A DNA stretch of 64,000 nucleotides. It comes from Chiloscyllium plagiosum. Lineage: Eukaryota. Made by a program: the position numbers and the translations under genes. Position 1 is the first letter of the stretch, and every line of letters begins with the position of its first letter. Under the pieces are notes generated by a model. The model made no database searches and was not told the origin of the DNA. It saw only the letters and a program-made list of their open reading frames with translations. Below, one piece after another: positions 25,876-38,937 of the stretch. The stretch spans positions 13,540,267 to 13,604,266 of the forward strand of contig NC_057751.1 of NCBI RefSeq assembly GCF_004010195.1. The letters run 5' to 3'.

Positions 25876-27489
25876 TATCATGCAACTTACTCATTGATGA
25901 GACTCATTTCTAAAGAATACACAAGGAATGGGGTGGGAGAGCTATGAACACATGTAAAACCAGCGTGACTCACCATCAAAGGGAAGAGATAATCAGAGGG
26001 ACCTGAGCTCTCAGATGAGTAGGTGGCCCATACAATATAAAGAATTTCACCTTGCTGGTGTTTCTAAATGCTGTGAAAAACAGACAGCAAAGCTATCGGC
26101 AATGTTAAATGCCAGGATGCACAATACAAATAACTTTGCCCATTCACAGCAAAATTCACTTTGAGCTATATGCTGTGGTGTGCTGTGCATCCGAGTATAA
26201 TGGTCAGGATAAAAATACAGCTTGGCCAGTTACTATCCCTTTAGTCTCACTCTTAGTATTGGGAAGTTTTCATCTCAACTAGCACCAAAGTCATGGAGTT
26301 TCGTGTCAATTTTTAAAATTTTGACCAAATCTGATTTTGCTAATGTTGAAAATGCTACATTTTAAGTGAAAATAAATAAAAGTTTCCCAATCAGCTTTCT
26401 CTTTTCTAGTTCCCTTCCCCCATCCCCTTAAGGTCAGAAGTCTAATGCTGTGATTAATTCGTGCCATATGAGTAAAGATGGTTTAAAATGTAGAAGAATG
26501 GAAATTGCACCAAAGATTGCTGGAGTATTTAACTGATCCCCTTGTTGTAAAAGCAGAAGGCCGAAAGGGCACAGTGTGGAGTCTTCCTGAAGGAAGAGGC
26601 AAAGCATGCCATTACACTGTGATGCTTCATAAACAAACAACTGCATCTGACAGAAAGACTGACGGTTGGATGGCATTAATTGTGGAATGCTCCTGCAATA
26701 CTGCTTGGAAATCTTCCAGCATACCTGAAACGAGCAACTCAGTGTTTCTCTAGGCCCCTCTGCCACCCCACCAAGTTTCCAAAATCCCATTATAAATACA
26801 TTACTGTCTGAAAAAAAATTCATGTTGGCTTTCAATTATTCTCATTCTCGAAGAAACAAATTGCAAGTTTTTTCCATGAAATCACTCCTTGTTATTAAAT
26901 ATGCTATTACTGTTAGTTCTGACAGCTGTAGTATCCCGTTTCTTCATCCCTTTCCTTGGGCCTCTCTTAGGTCTACAATGGCTGTTAAAATGTGCAATTC
27001 TCAGCTATGTCAATACTGCTTCAATTGTTGCACAGACCAAAATTCAAGATCTTCAAGCACATGGAGCCTTACTCTCAAAGTGATTTCCTAAATGGTCAGT
27101 TGTCAAACTTTGGCCAAAGCAAGCACTGTTTCCTGAAAGCAACAAAGGAACCTAAACCATTAAAATTGCACAGGTCTGTTTGCTGTATGCTTACAGCACA
27201 CTTTCTATACAACATCATCAGAAGCATGTATAACCAGTTGTTTCCATGTGTCTGAAACAACTGGGGAGAGAGGTCATGTAGAGATTTTTAAAAATTATCT
27301 GCTGCACTTCCAACTCAGAGAATGTGATATTTATGAATCTAGCTTTGCAATTTAACAGCACAAAAAAACTTAGAAGACAGTTTCTCACCAGAACCACATG
27401 CATAAAGCACAAAAGCCATGCCACCATCTAATGTGTGTATTTTTTTCTGAGCACCATTTTTTTGGGTCCAGCAGTTTTTTTTTCCCACA

Positions 27490-27758
27490 CTACTGCTAAA
27501 ACCAAACCAAACCAGAGAAAAGCTGCGCTCAGAGAACTGGCCACATCCCTTTCATTGTACAAGTGTTTTTTTTAATAACTTGAAAGCCTTCTGCCTGAGG
27601 CAGTATCTGTTAGCTATGATCAAACCCTTCAACCCGACTTTTCAAATTGACCCTAAAACCCTTCAACCCCAGACTTTTCAGAGTCCGTGTCATTTACAAC
27701 CTCTCCGACAAAAAAAGCCTAGGACAGCATGACCTTGTTAAAGGAGCTTTATCGTCAC
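27490..27758 (-). mobile_element. LTR fragment (same family as 540-795)
   Basis: Shared CCAAACCAGAGAAAAGCTG...AGGACAGCAT-ACCTTGTTAAA...TCACA. Confidence 0.55.
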
Positions 27759-29269
27759 AAGTTATTTAAAACTAGGCTTCTCTCACACAGTGGCCCAAAC
27801 ACTCCAAGTTGGATCATAATCCTCCAATGAATTCTGGATTATGGGCACATATGTAGCTGGTGCAATATTATTCATGATCTGCCTAATGAAGCCTCCTTCT
27901 TAAGCCCTATCTAATTAAGTATGGCAGATACAGTACAAAGCGGGAGGTCCAATCACAGAAATGCAGCAGTAATCCAGCAGATCCATCAATAGTGGTCGTA
28001 CTGATGAGGCAGGCTTGAAAGAACACCTTGACATAGCCTGAAGCTAGAAGAGCAATTGAGATGAAGGGGAATTGATCAACAAGTCTGTAGACCCTGGTCC
28101 TGGAGTCACATCAAAAGTGCATACGAATATAAAAAGTAGGAGCAGGTCAAAGCAATTCAGGCCCTCAAGGTTGCTTTAAAACAATCATGACTGATCTTAT
28201 CTTGCATTCAACTCCACTTTTTGTCCCACTCTCCATAACCCTTTAACCCATTACTTCTTAAAAATCTATCTTTCTCCTACTCAAGATTTATTCAATATCC
28301 TTGCGTCCACAGACTGCAATTGGCAACCTACTCTGTTCTACTGGTCCCATATTATGTCAACTTATATTCCATGGGTACACAGCTTTTAACATTAAATATA
28401 TTGCAGGTGCTGAAGATCTAAACATCATTGAAGCTGAATAAGTATACGCAAAAGACAATATAAGTAATAGGCTTGAAATATATGGAGATTAGTTAAAGAA
28501 ATTTCAAAAGATGCTGGTCATCAATGTCTATACGCCATTTCTCTAGATTTTCCAACTACCAGCTCTGAAGTTTTGAGACGAGAGAAAAGAGAGAAAAGCA
28601 AAGGATTAAGAAAATAAAGATGACCACTCTAATTGCACACTTTGGTGTGAATTGATTCAAAACAGTGGATGTATTTGGAGAATGATGAGTAGGTTTCAGC
28701 CTTTCAAATATTAAATTTTGTAAAAAAAAATAATTGTTCCAAGTAAGGATAAAGGGAACGAAAAGACTGTTGGGGGAGGGGAAAGGCAAAGATAAAATGT
28801 CGGGTGAAAAGGAGGATCAGAATTGAAAGCAATTCCTGTGAACTTTGGGGTACCAAATTCCACAGATTCATAACTCTTTGAAAGAAATAATTTCTCTTCA
28901 TTTCAGTTTTAAATCTGCCATCCAATCTATCAATGGACCATGGAGCCTCCAGTTCCAAAGGTCAATGGCATCCAATACTGAGCGTAGGAGCAGGTAGCAA
29001 TCCAATCAAAGACAATTATCAGTGCTGTCATCAATGGCCCTCCCATTGGGCCTAAAATGGCTGCCTGCTTCCATGGACCAGCAGCTGACTCAGGTCCAGC
29101 GACAGAGAAAGTCTCCAGAGAAAGGAATGGGTTGAGGTGTCCCAACATGGGTCCCAATATTGTTGTGGCCTCTTGGGGCCAGGAAAATTCAATTCTCAAA
29201 TTCTTTCTGAACAATCTAATGCACAAGTTATAACTTTTCAATATATCTTGGAATATTTTTAAAGCACAC

Positions 29270-30235
29270 ATTTTTAGATAAATATAAGTAAAGAAAGGCA
29301 AGAGTGGACATTGGATTGCTGGAAAATGAGGCTGGATAAATCATAATGGGGAACAAAGAAATGCCATTGGAACAGAATAGGTGCTTTGCGTCAGTATTCA
29401 CAGTGGAAGATATCTGCAGCATTCTAGAACTTCATGAAAGTCAGGGGAAAGAGGTGAATGTAGTGGCCATCACTAAGGAGAAGGTGGTGGAGAAGCTGAA
29501 AGGTCTCATTGTGAATAAATCACTTGGACTAGATGGACTACAAGGAGTTCTCAAGGAAATAGCTGCAGAGGGTGTAGAAGTATGAGAGGTGATCTTTGAG
29601 GATGAGAAAATAGAAAATGGAACATGCCTGTTTAAACAGGAGGGAGGCAGAAGATGGGAAGTTAAAGGCCGGTTGGCCTGACCTCAGTCATAGGCAAGAT
29701 TTTAGAGTCCATTATTCAGGATAAGATTGCACAGTGGTTGGAAGTGCATGACAAAATGAGGCTGTGTCAGCATGGTTTCATCAAAGGAAGGTCATGCCTG
29801 TCAAATCTGTTCAAATATTTTGAGGAGGTAACAAGCAAGTCAAACAATGGAGTGACCTATTTCAATTTCCAGAACATCTTTGACATGGCACTGCACATGA
29901 GGCTGCTGAATAAGAGTCCATTGTATTAGGGGCGAGGTACTGGCATAGATACGGCTGACTGGCAGAAGGCAGAAAGTGTGGATAAAGGAGTCTTTTTCAG
30001 AATGGCAGCTGTGGAATTCTGCAGGAGTCAGTTTTGAAGTCACAACTACTCACATCATACATTCACGACCTGGATGATAGAACTGAGGGCACTGGTGCTA
30101 AGTTTGCAAATGACACAAAGATAGGTGGATGCACAAGTAGTATTGAGTTGGACGGGCTAGGAGAGTGGGCAAAAAAGTGGAAATGGAATACAATGAGGGA
30201 AAGTTATGCCCTTTGGTAGCAAGAATAAAGGTGTA
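29270..30235 (+). mobile_element. CR1-like LINE RT region (degenerate)
   Basis: FASVFTVED, QHGFIKGRSCLSNL, KFANDTKIGG. Confidence 0.85.
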
Positions 30236-30511
30236 ATTTCCAAATATTATGTCCGATTGGTTTTCCCTTTGGACTTGCCTGCATGCCTACATTCCCTCTC
30301 TGCTTGCACTTTCTTAAGTTGTGAGGTGACCATGCCCTGAAATGCACTTGTCCATAAATCTCTCAGCCATGTCAATGCACTGTAGATCCTGCAGCCACTA
30401 CATCTCCAAACTCAGAGCTCAAATTGTTCCAGCTCGAGGCACCTCCTGCGTATATGGTCATCCAGATGACCAAGAGTGTCTAAAACTTTCCCACCTAGTG
30501 CAGGATGTTGT

Positions 30512-31294
30512 TATGCAGTTGAAGGCATGTACTGTACCTTTAACAGAGAGTGAAAGCTGTTTTGCACTGAGAGATTGCAGGCACATCTCATGTGACTGAT
30601 TAACAGTCTCAGAGTGTACTGGAAAACAGAAAAAATGTGACATTTGGCTGTGAAACAAATACCTTAGTTTTGGCTGTTATGTTGACAACCATTTGAATTT
30701 AACCAATCGGTTTAAATTATGCCCCAGGATACTAAAATCCCAGTTGGATTTGAATTTAATGTTTTGACAACATCGAACCAATGAGACAATCTGATGTTTG
30801 GGGTATAAAGAAGCCGGCATTTTGAGAGTTGGCCAGAGACAGCAACCAAATGCCATTGCAAGAGTAACTGTGAGCAAAACACTCTCAATCAAAGGTACCT
30901 TTCTCATCTGAAACATCTTTGCAGCAAAAGACCAAAGATGATCTAGGGAGATCTACAGCCAGAGCAATCTACAGCCGGAGATGCCCGCCGCTGTCTAGTT
31001 TTGGAATTAAGTTGATGTAATTTCAATACGGGTGGCTATTGGAACAGTAGGTTGTGATACAGTTGGAGGTAGATAACAAGCATTTAAGAGAATAGCCTCC
31101 TTTCTTTTAAAGGTTTGTATATAGTTGCTGTTTAATGTTCACTTTTAGATTTAAAGAATAAATTGATATTTTCCCTTTAAATAGTGGAAGTTGGGTCTTC
31201 TCTGTCACTCATACTTTAACAGGTGATGAGGTGAGGTGAGCTTTTCTGGGTGTTTGGTTTAATTAGCAGAAGGGTTCACCGCCGTGGTGTAACA
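30512..31294 (+). mobile_element. Solo LTR
   Basis: TGTACTGTACCTTT near the start, TATAAA at about 30804, AATAAA at about 31157, ends GTAACA; homologous to 60651-61207. The start coordinate is approximate. Confidence 0.6.
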
Positions 31295-31299
31295 ATATG

Positions 31300-31568
31300 C
31301 TATTACAAGGGGGCACAGCTTTAAATTAAGGGGGGGGAGGTGTAGGACAGATGTTAGGGGTAGGTTCTTTACTCAGCGAGTCGTGAGTTCATGGAATGCC
31401 CTGCCAGTAGCAGTGGTGGACTCTCCCTCATTATGGGCATTTAAGCGGGCATTGGATAGGCATATGGAGGATAGTGGGCTAATGTAGGTTAGGTGGGCTT
31501 GGATCGGCGCAACATCGAGGGCCGAAGGGCCTGTACTGCGCTGTATTCTTCTATGTTCTATGTTCTAT
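31300..31568 (+). mobile_element. Young CR1-like 3' end (distinct subfamily)
   Basis: RGRFFTQRVVSSWNALP; CpGs retained; (TTCTATG)n tail. Confidence 0.85.
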
Positions 31569-31799
31569 AAATCGCAGTCCTGAGCTCCCCAGACATGCCT
31601 TAACCTTATGGACACTTGATTTTTTTTTTACCCTTACTCCAACTTAAGTATAGATGAGAAATCTTTTTCTTATTTATATCCAAAGTCCCACCCAGATCTG
31701 TAGTCTGTCTGTCTGTCTCTCTGCAAGGATCCTCATGTTATCCATTCCTTTCAGTGATGTTGACTGCCTGTCATAGGGTCCTCACCTCACCAGTTACAA

Positions 31800-33950
31800 C
31801 AGTCCATTTTGTAGATGTTGCACCCTGACGCAAGAGAACTGGGAATGAAAGAGGTGGATGTTCAAGTTCTGGACGCACTACCAATCAAATAGGCTGTTTT
31901 TCCTGGATGGTCTCAAACTTTTTCAGTGTTGTTGGAGCTGCAGGTATCCAAGCTAGCAGAAAGTATTCTATCCCATTCATGATTTATGCATTGGAGATAC
32001 TGAACAGGCTTTGGGGAGTCAGGAGATGAGTTTCACTCTGCCAAATGCCTACCCTCTTGCATCTACTTTTGTCGCCATGTTATTTATATGGCTGATCCAG
32101 TTCATAAAGTGATAGAGTCATAGAGTCCGACAGCATGGAGATGGGCGCTTTGGCTCAAAATGGTCCACGCCAACCAAAATGACCATCCATGCTAACCCCA
32201 TTTCCCTGCACTTGGCACATATCCTTCTGAACCTTTCCTATATATGTATTTGTTCAAATGCCTGTCCCACCTCAATCACTTCCACTGGCAGTTCATTCCA
32301 CATGCATAGCACCCTCTGTGTAAAAAAGTTGCCCCTTGCGTTCCCTTTTATTCTTTCCCCTCTAATGTTAAACTGATGCCCTCCAGTCCTCAATTCCCCA
32401 ACCCTGGGAAAAAGACTGAGTGTATTCACTCTATCCATGCCTCTCATGATTTTATACACTTCTATAAGATCCCCCCCTCAGTCTCCTGTCTTCTACGCTC
32501 TAAAGAAAAGGTCCTAGCTTGTCCAACCTCTCCCTGTAACTCAGACCCTTAAGTTCTGGCAACATCCTTGTAAATTTCTTCTGTACTCTTTCCAGTTTAT
32601 TAACATCCTTCCTCTATCAAGGTGACCAACACTGAACACAATACTCCAAGTGCAGCCTCACTAACGTCCTGTATAACTGCAACATAACTTCCAAACTTCT
32701 ATATGCAAAGCCCTGACTGATGAAGGCCAGTGTGCCAAAAGCCTTCTTCACTGCCCTGTCGACCTGTGACTCGATTTTCAGAGAACTGTGAACCCGAACT
32801 CCAAGGTCCCTCTGTTCCACTACACTCCTTAAGGCCTTACCATTCACCATGAAACTTCTGCCTTGAAATGACTTTCCAAAACGCAAGATCTCATGCTTAT
32901 CCACATTAAAATCCATCTGCTACTTCTCAGCCCACTTCCCCAGCTGGTCAAGGTCCTGCTGCAATTTCTGATAACCTTCCTCACTGTCCATGAAACTGCC
33001 TATTTCAGTGTCATCCGCAAACTTATTCATCATTGCCTTGTAAATCCTCATCCAAATCATTGATATAGTTCGCAAACAGTAATGGGCCCAGCAATGGCCC
33101 CTAAGGCACTCCACTAGTCACAGTCCTCCAGTCTTACAAGTTCAGTTTCAAGTCAATGGGAATCCCCAAGATGTTGATAATATCAGCTTTAGCAATGGTA
33201 ACACTATTGAACATCAAGGGACAAGTTCTCTCTGTGGGAGAAATTCATTGCCTGGCACGTGTGCTGTATATATTACTTCCGACTTATCAACCCAAACCTG
33301 AATATAGTTCAGGTCTTGTTCAGGACATGGGCTCCTTCAGTATCTGAGGAGACAGAAATGGTGCTGGATATTGTGCACTTACCAGCGAACATCTCCAGTT
33401 CAGGCCTGATGATAGAGGGAAGGTCATTGACACAGCAGCTGAAGATGGTTGGGCCTAGGACACTACTCTGGGCAACTCCTTCTATTGGGCTGAGGTGATC
33501 ACCTCCAACAACCACAACCATCTTCTATTCTGCTTGGGAGGATTCCAAGCAGAGCAAAGGTTTTCTCAGTTCCTGGTGATTTCAGTTTTTCCAGATTTCC
33601 TTGATACTATTTTTGGTGGAATGTTGCCCTGTGATGTCAAGGGTAGTCAGTCCCACCAAACCTCTCCACTCTCTCTTTTGGCTCTATTTTGGCTGAGGCT
33701 GTAATGAGGTTCAGGGCTGAGTGGCCCTGGTAGAACCCAAACTGACCATCAGTGGGCAGGTTATCCCTTTGTAACTGCCACTTGAAAGTAATATCAATGA
33801 CACCCTGCCCCACTGGGCTAATAATAAGGAGGAGACTGATAGGATGCCAATTGGCTGGTTTGGATTTGGGACTGCTTTATGTGCACAGAACATTCATGGG
33901 TCACGTTCCACATTGTCATCTAGATCTTAGTGTCATAGCTCCACTGTAAT
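31800..33950 (-). mobile_element. Second-family LINE interrupted by a CR1 copy (32105-33135)
   Basis: Inner CR1: KFADDTEIG...LQQDLDQLGKWAEK, LYRTLVRLHLEYCVQCWSP and a CTATGACTCTAT tail. The outer LINE stops at CCAGTTCA (32097-32104) and resumes at AGTTCAGTTTC (33139). Confidence 0.8.
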
Positions 33951-34065
33951 AGCTTAGCAGTGAGAGAGGTGACCTGGTGAGAGGAAGAGGTGGCTAGAGA
34001 GTGGGTTAGGAGAGATGTGGATAAGGAGGGTTATGAGAGATGTGGGTAAGGAGGGTGAGGAGAGG

Positions 34066-34345
34066 TGTCCACACCAACCCTCTGAAGAGTAACCCACCAA
34101 GAGCCATTCCCCAACCCTATATTTACCCCTGACTAATGCACATTACATGAATCAGCAATTGAGCATGACCAATTCACCTGACTTGCACATCTTTGGATTG
34201 TGGGAGGAAACCAGGGCACCCGGAGGAAACCCACACAGACCCGTGGAGAACGTGCAAACTCCACACAGACAGTCACCCAAGGCTGGAATCGAACCCGGGT
34301 CTCTGGTACTGTGAGGCAGCAGTGCTAACCACTGAGCCACTGTGC
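34066..34345 (-). mobile_element. HE1-type V-SINE (3'-truncated)
   Basis: A and B boxes and V core, as at 4874-5194. Confidence 0.85.
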
Positions 34346-34444
34346 TTTACTGGGTGGGAAAGGGGTCCAATGAGCCCAGAGAGCATGGAGTCAGCTTCGC
34401 AGTGAAGAACAGCGTGATGAACACAGTAGAACCAGGCAGCAATG

Positions 34445-35175
34445 GCTCAGAGTGACTCATGACTCTTCACCTCAATACCACCGCAGGTCCAGTCACCCTT
34501 GCCAGCACGTATGCCCCAATGCTGTCCTCCATGCCAGACACAAAGGACAAATTCTACGACAATCTTGCACCCCTCATGAGCAGCATCTTTCGGAAGAAGC
34601 AACTTGCTCTTCTGGGTGACTTCAACGCCAGAGTGGGTGCAGACCATGACTCGTGGCCCTCCTGCCTTGGGCATTTTGGTGTGGGCAAAATGAATGAGAA
34701 CAGACATCGACTGCTCGAGCTGTGCACTTACCACAATTTGTGCATCACTAACTCCTACTTCCAGACAACGCCTCAGCGCAAGGTTTCCTGGAGACACTCG
34801 CGCTCAAAGCATTGGCACCAACTCGATCTGATCCTATTTAGGCACACTGCCACAGTGCGGACTTGACATGGACCACTCCTTCATGTGTTGCGAGATCAGG
34901 CTGCAACCTAAGAGATTCCATTGCACGCAGCAACAGGGGAAACCTTGCATCAACTGAATGTCAAGATGTCCCAGCCAGACCTTGTGTAAGAGTTCTCAGA
35001 GGTTTTCCAGAGAGAACTCAGTGCCTCGCAACTGTGCCACAGAGAAGTGGGAAACCATGCAGGATACCATGCACCAAACATCCCTGGCTACCTTTGGGAA
35101 GATGACATGCAAGACACACGACTGATTTGAGGCAAAGGTAGCTGAGATGACCCCATTGTTGAAGCCAAGCGTGTT
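34445..35175 (+). mobile_element. RTE-clade LINE apurinic endonuclease fragment
   Basis: YAP...KDKFYDNL...LLGDFNARVG...GVGKMNEN..RLLELC...ITNSYF...VSWRHSRSKHWHQLDLIL, typical of the RTE APE domain. Confidence 0.85.
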
Positions 35176-35537
35176 GATATTGTGGACTGAAGCTGTTCGT
35201 CATACATTTTAATTTCTCTGGTTGTGAAAGCTTTTTACTGATAAAGGAAAGAAAGCAATGACCTTGAAATTCAAACTGCAGGCAGAGAGTGCAGACATCT
35301 TTCAGTGTAAGTTCAGGTATCCCGTAATACTTGTGTTGCCTGCTGATATTTGTTGACTGCCACAAGAGCGTTCGAAGTGGAGAGAAATGTTTGTCTTGAC
35401 ATTCAGAACCTTCAATCCCAATTAACTCCACCTCTTAAAATAGAAGTGCACTCTGCTTTGCGAAGGAAGTGCGCACTTGAAAGACTAATATGTCTGCAGC
35501 AAACACTGGGAATGTCCGTAATATCTCTGATGTTCTT

Positions 35538-35697
35538 TTGAATGCCCTGGTCTAGACAAAGAGGAGGTAGGCCATCCTCTTCCCACCAGGGGCCAGGAAG
35601 GCTTCCATGCAACTGAGGAGACAGTGGGAAGAGATCATACAGCATGTCAATACCAGGAAGTTAACAATGAGGACATGACTGGAGTGTAGGAAGTAAT
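35538..35697 (+). mobile_element. Degenerate Myb/SANT-like fragment (Harbinger-type)
   Basis: LNALV*TKRR*AILFPPGARKASMQLRRQWEEIIQHVNTRKLTMRT*LECRK*. Confidence 0.5.
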
Positions 35698-36299
35698 TAC
35701 CTCATGAGTATTCTCAACCCTTCCATTTGTTCCTTGACTACACTCGCATTATTTCCAGCCTCACTATTCATAAAACTTTCTTCTCTACTTCACATCACCT
35801 TTCCAACCTCCACATTTCACAAGATGCCCCTTGTCCCTACGCTCATGAAAGCTACATCCTTTACTTTTCCCAACTGCACCTGATTCCACCATTATAAATG
35901 CCTGCTCCAAATCTCATAAATCACTCATTCACTAACACATTCCTTCTTTATTGCAGCAGAGATTCACACCTGGGGAAGGTAGGTGCACACGGAGTTACGT
36001 GCTTGCATGCAAAACCTCTCCTCCCTCAAAACCAACATGCTGGGCATTTTGGGCAGAGTTTACAGGGCACTACTGATCAAGGAACTACTTAAGTGTATGA
36101 TGGCCTGAAGCCAAACTGAACAGGTTATGTGGGCTCCATCACTTCGGAGTCCATGAGTGAGCCAAGATGGTTATTTGGTAATGAATGATACCTTAGAGTA
36201 CTCTAGTCTGGCTCCTGTAAAGTGTTTCCAAGTCTATCTGAGATCTGAACTTGGTTCCACTCATGAAAAATCGAGAGGGTGATGTGTGACACTCAGTTT

Positions 36300-38082
36300 T
36301 TTTCAGGAAGGCTGGGGAGAATTCCAAGATTTTGACGCAGTGACACTGCCGTAATGGTGATATATTTTCAAGTCAGGATTGTGAGTGTTTTGGAGGGGAA
36401 TTTGCAGGTGGTGGTAATTCCATACATTTGTTGCCCTTGTCTTTCTAGGTGGAAGCTGTTGTGGGTTTAGAAGGTGCTGTCTAAATTGGTGAATTTCTGT
36501 TGTGCATTTTGTTGGTACTTCACACTTTTGTTACTTTGTGTTGGTGGTGAAGTGTGTAGATGTTTATCAATATAATGTTAATTAAGCAGGCTGCTTTGTC
36601 CTGGATGGTGTCAAACCTCTTGAGCGTTGCCAGAGCTGCATTCATCCAGGAAGTGCGGAGTATTCCATCGCAATCCTAACTTGTAGATGACAGGCTTTGG
36701 AAAATCAGTATCTGAGTTTCTTGCTGTCAGATTCCTAGCCCCTGAGTCCCAGTTGTAGCCACAGTGTTTATATGGCTATTCCAGTTCAGTTTCTGGTCAA
36801 TGGTAACTCCCAAGATGTTGACAGAGCAGTAAATAATGATGGTATTGCCATTGAATGTTGAGAGACAATGGTTAGATTGTCTCTTATTGAGATGGTCCCT
36901 GGCATTTGTGCAATGTTACTTCCCACTTTTCAGTCCAAGGCGAGATGTTGTCTTGCTGCATTTGGACATGGAATGCTTCAGTGTATGAGGTGTTGCGAAT
37001 AGAGCTACTCATTGTACAATTGTCAGCAAACACCCCCACCTCTGTTTTGGCAATAAAGTCATTGATGAAGTAGCTGACATTGTTTGGACCTAGAACTACC
37101 CTGAAGAATCCTGCAGAGATGTCCTGGAGATGACTAACCTCCAACAACCACAACCAATTTCCTATGTGCCTGGTATGACTCCAATCAATGGAGAGTATTT
37201 CCCTGAATCCCATTGACTCCAATTTTATTCAGGTTTTACTGGTGCCAAATGAGCATTGATTTGAGGGCAGTCACTCTCACCTCAAACCCTCAGCACTTTT
37301 GTCCATGTTAGAACCATGAACTAATGGGATCAGGAGCAGGACTGGCACTGGTGGGAGCCAAACTGGGTGTCAATGACCAAGTTGTTTGCGATTGAAGTGC
37401 TGCTTGATGACACCTTCCAAATTTTACTAATGATCAAGAGTACACCGATGGGATAATAATTGGCTGGGTTGGATTTGTCCTGTTTTTGTGTACAGAAAAT
37501 ACCTGGGCAATTTTCCATCTTGTTGGGTAGATGCCAGTATCACAGCTGTCATGGAACAGCTTGGATAGGGACATGACAAATTCTGGATCACAAATCTTCA
37601 GTACTATTGCCGGAATGTTTTCAGTGGCCATAGCCTTTGCAGTATCCAGCGCCTCCAACCATTTCTTAATATCACGTGCATTGAATCCAATTGGCTGAAG
37701 ACTGCTAGTGTTGGAAACAATGGGAAGAGGCCAAGATGGATCATCCACTTGGCACTTCTGGCTGAAGATTGCTGCAAATGCTTCAGCCTTATCATTTGCA
37801 TTGCTGTGCTGGGCTCCCCTGTCATTGAGGATGGGGACATTTGTGGGGCCTCCTCCTCCAATGAGTTGTTTAATTGTCCACGACCATTTACGACTGTACG
37901 TGGCAGGATTGCAGAGCTTAGATCTAACCCATTGGTGTGGGAATGCTTATCTTCATCTATCACTTCCTGCTAACGCCATTTGGCATGCAAGTAGTTCTGT
38001 TTTGCAGCTTCACCAGGTTGACACCTCCTTTTCCGGGATTCCTCGGGCTGCTCCTGGCATGCCCTCCTGCACTCTCAATTGA
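36300..38082 (-). mobile_element. CR1/L2-group LINE (second family)
   Basis: LEALDTAKAMATENIPAIVLK, DKSNPANYYPI, VFADNCTM. Confidence 0.85.
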
Positions 38083-38937
38083 ACAATGGATGAATGAAAG
38101 GAAAAGTATATTTTATAGGAACAGACATAAAGTACGCTAATTAGGGAAAGGGTTTTGGGTAACTGCTGACAAATCAAGGAAAACAGTAGCTTGTTACCTG
38201 CTGTACAAAAAGGGCAAAGAGAGGCTTTTGTGGCACAGTGCTAGTGCCCCTACCTCTGAGCCTGGAAGGACCCAGGTTCTACTCCCACCTGTTCCACACA
38301 CATGTAGTAACATCTCTGAACAGGTTAATTAAAAATGTCTAAAAAGGGTAAATGGGTTTTAGGGTTCCATTCCCAGTGAATATAAAGAAAAAGACTGAAT
38401 TGCTGCTATCGTGCAAATTTGGTCCTGACTGGATGTCTATGTCTATTTTCTTGTGACCTTGCCTTTTCAGAACATTATTACTTTTGTCAAATTTGGACAT
38501 TGAGGTCCACGCAGCAATTTGGATCCAACTTTTATAAATGAATTTCTGTAATTTAAGTGTTATGTCATCAAATTACTATTTGTGGATAGAATACTTAATA
38601 GTCATCTTAATCTTTTCCTTTCGATGAGTGGAAATTTCTGAATCTACTGCCATTTTGAAGAGGTGTAATAGGTCTTGGAATTCAGATTACTTCACTGCTC
38701 AACTGATCTAAAGTATTGGATAGTAAATAAATTCTGGATATAAGCTCACTTGCATGTGAAATGAATTTCACTCAAACTGTAGCTTTGAAAGAAAACTTCC
38801 AAAAGTTATCTAACAAGTGACTAATTCATTGAATCTTAATACAAAATGCCTAAAAACAAAGAAAAATGTTGCAAACTTACGGTAGGACCATGGCTAAGTG
38901 AAAGCTTTTAATTGAATAATGGTGCAATATGTAATTC

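Noticed and set aside
26434..27255. Cluster of overlapping 64-133 aa ORFs
   Set aside because: No recognisable domain on either strand; lengths are compatible with chance.
38881..38893. 13-nt minus-strand microexon candidate (ttag|CCATGGTCCTACC|gtaagt)
   Set aside because: Frame-shifting, weak pyrimidine tract, no other support.
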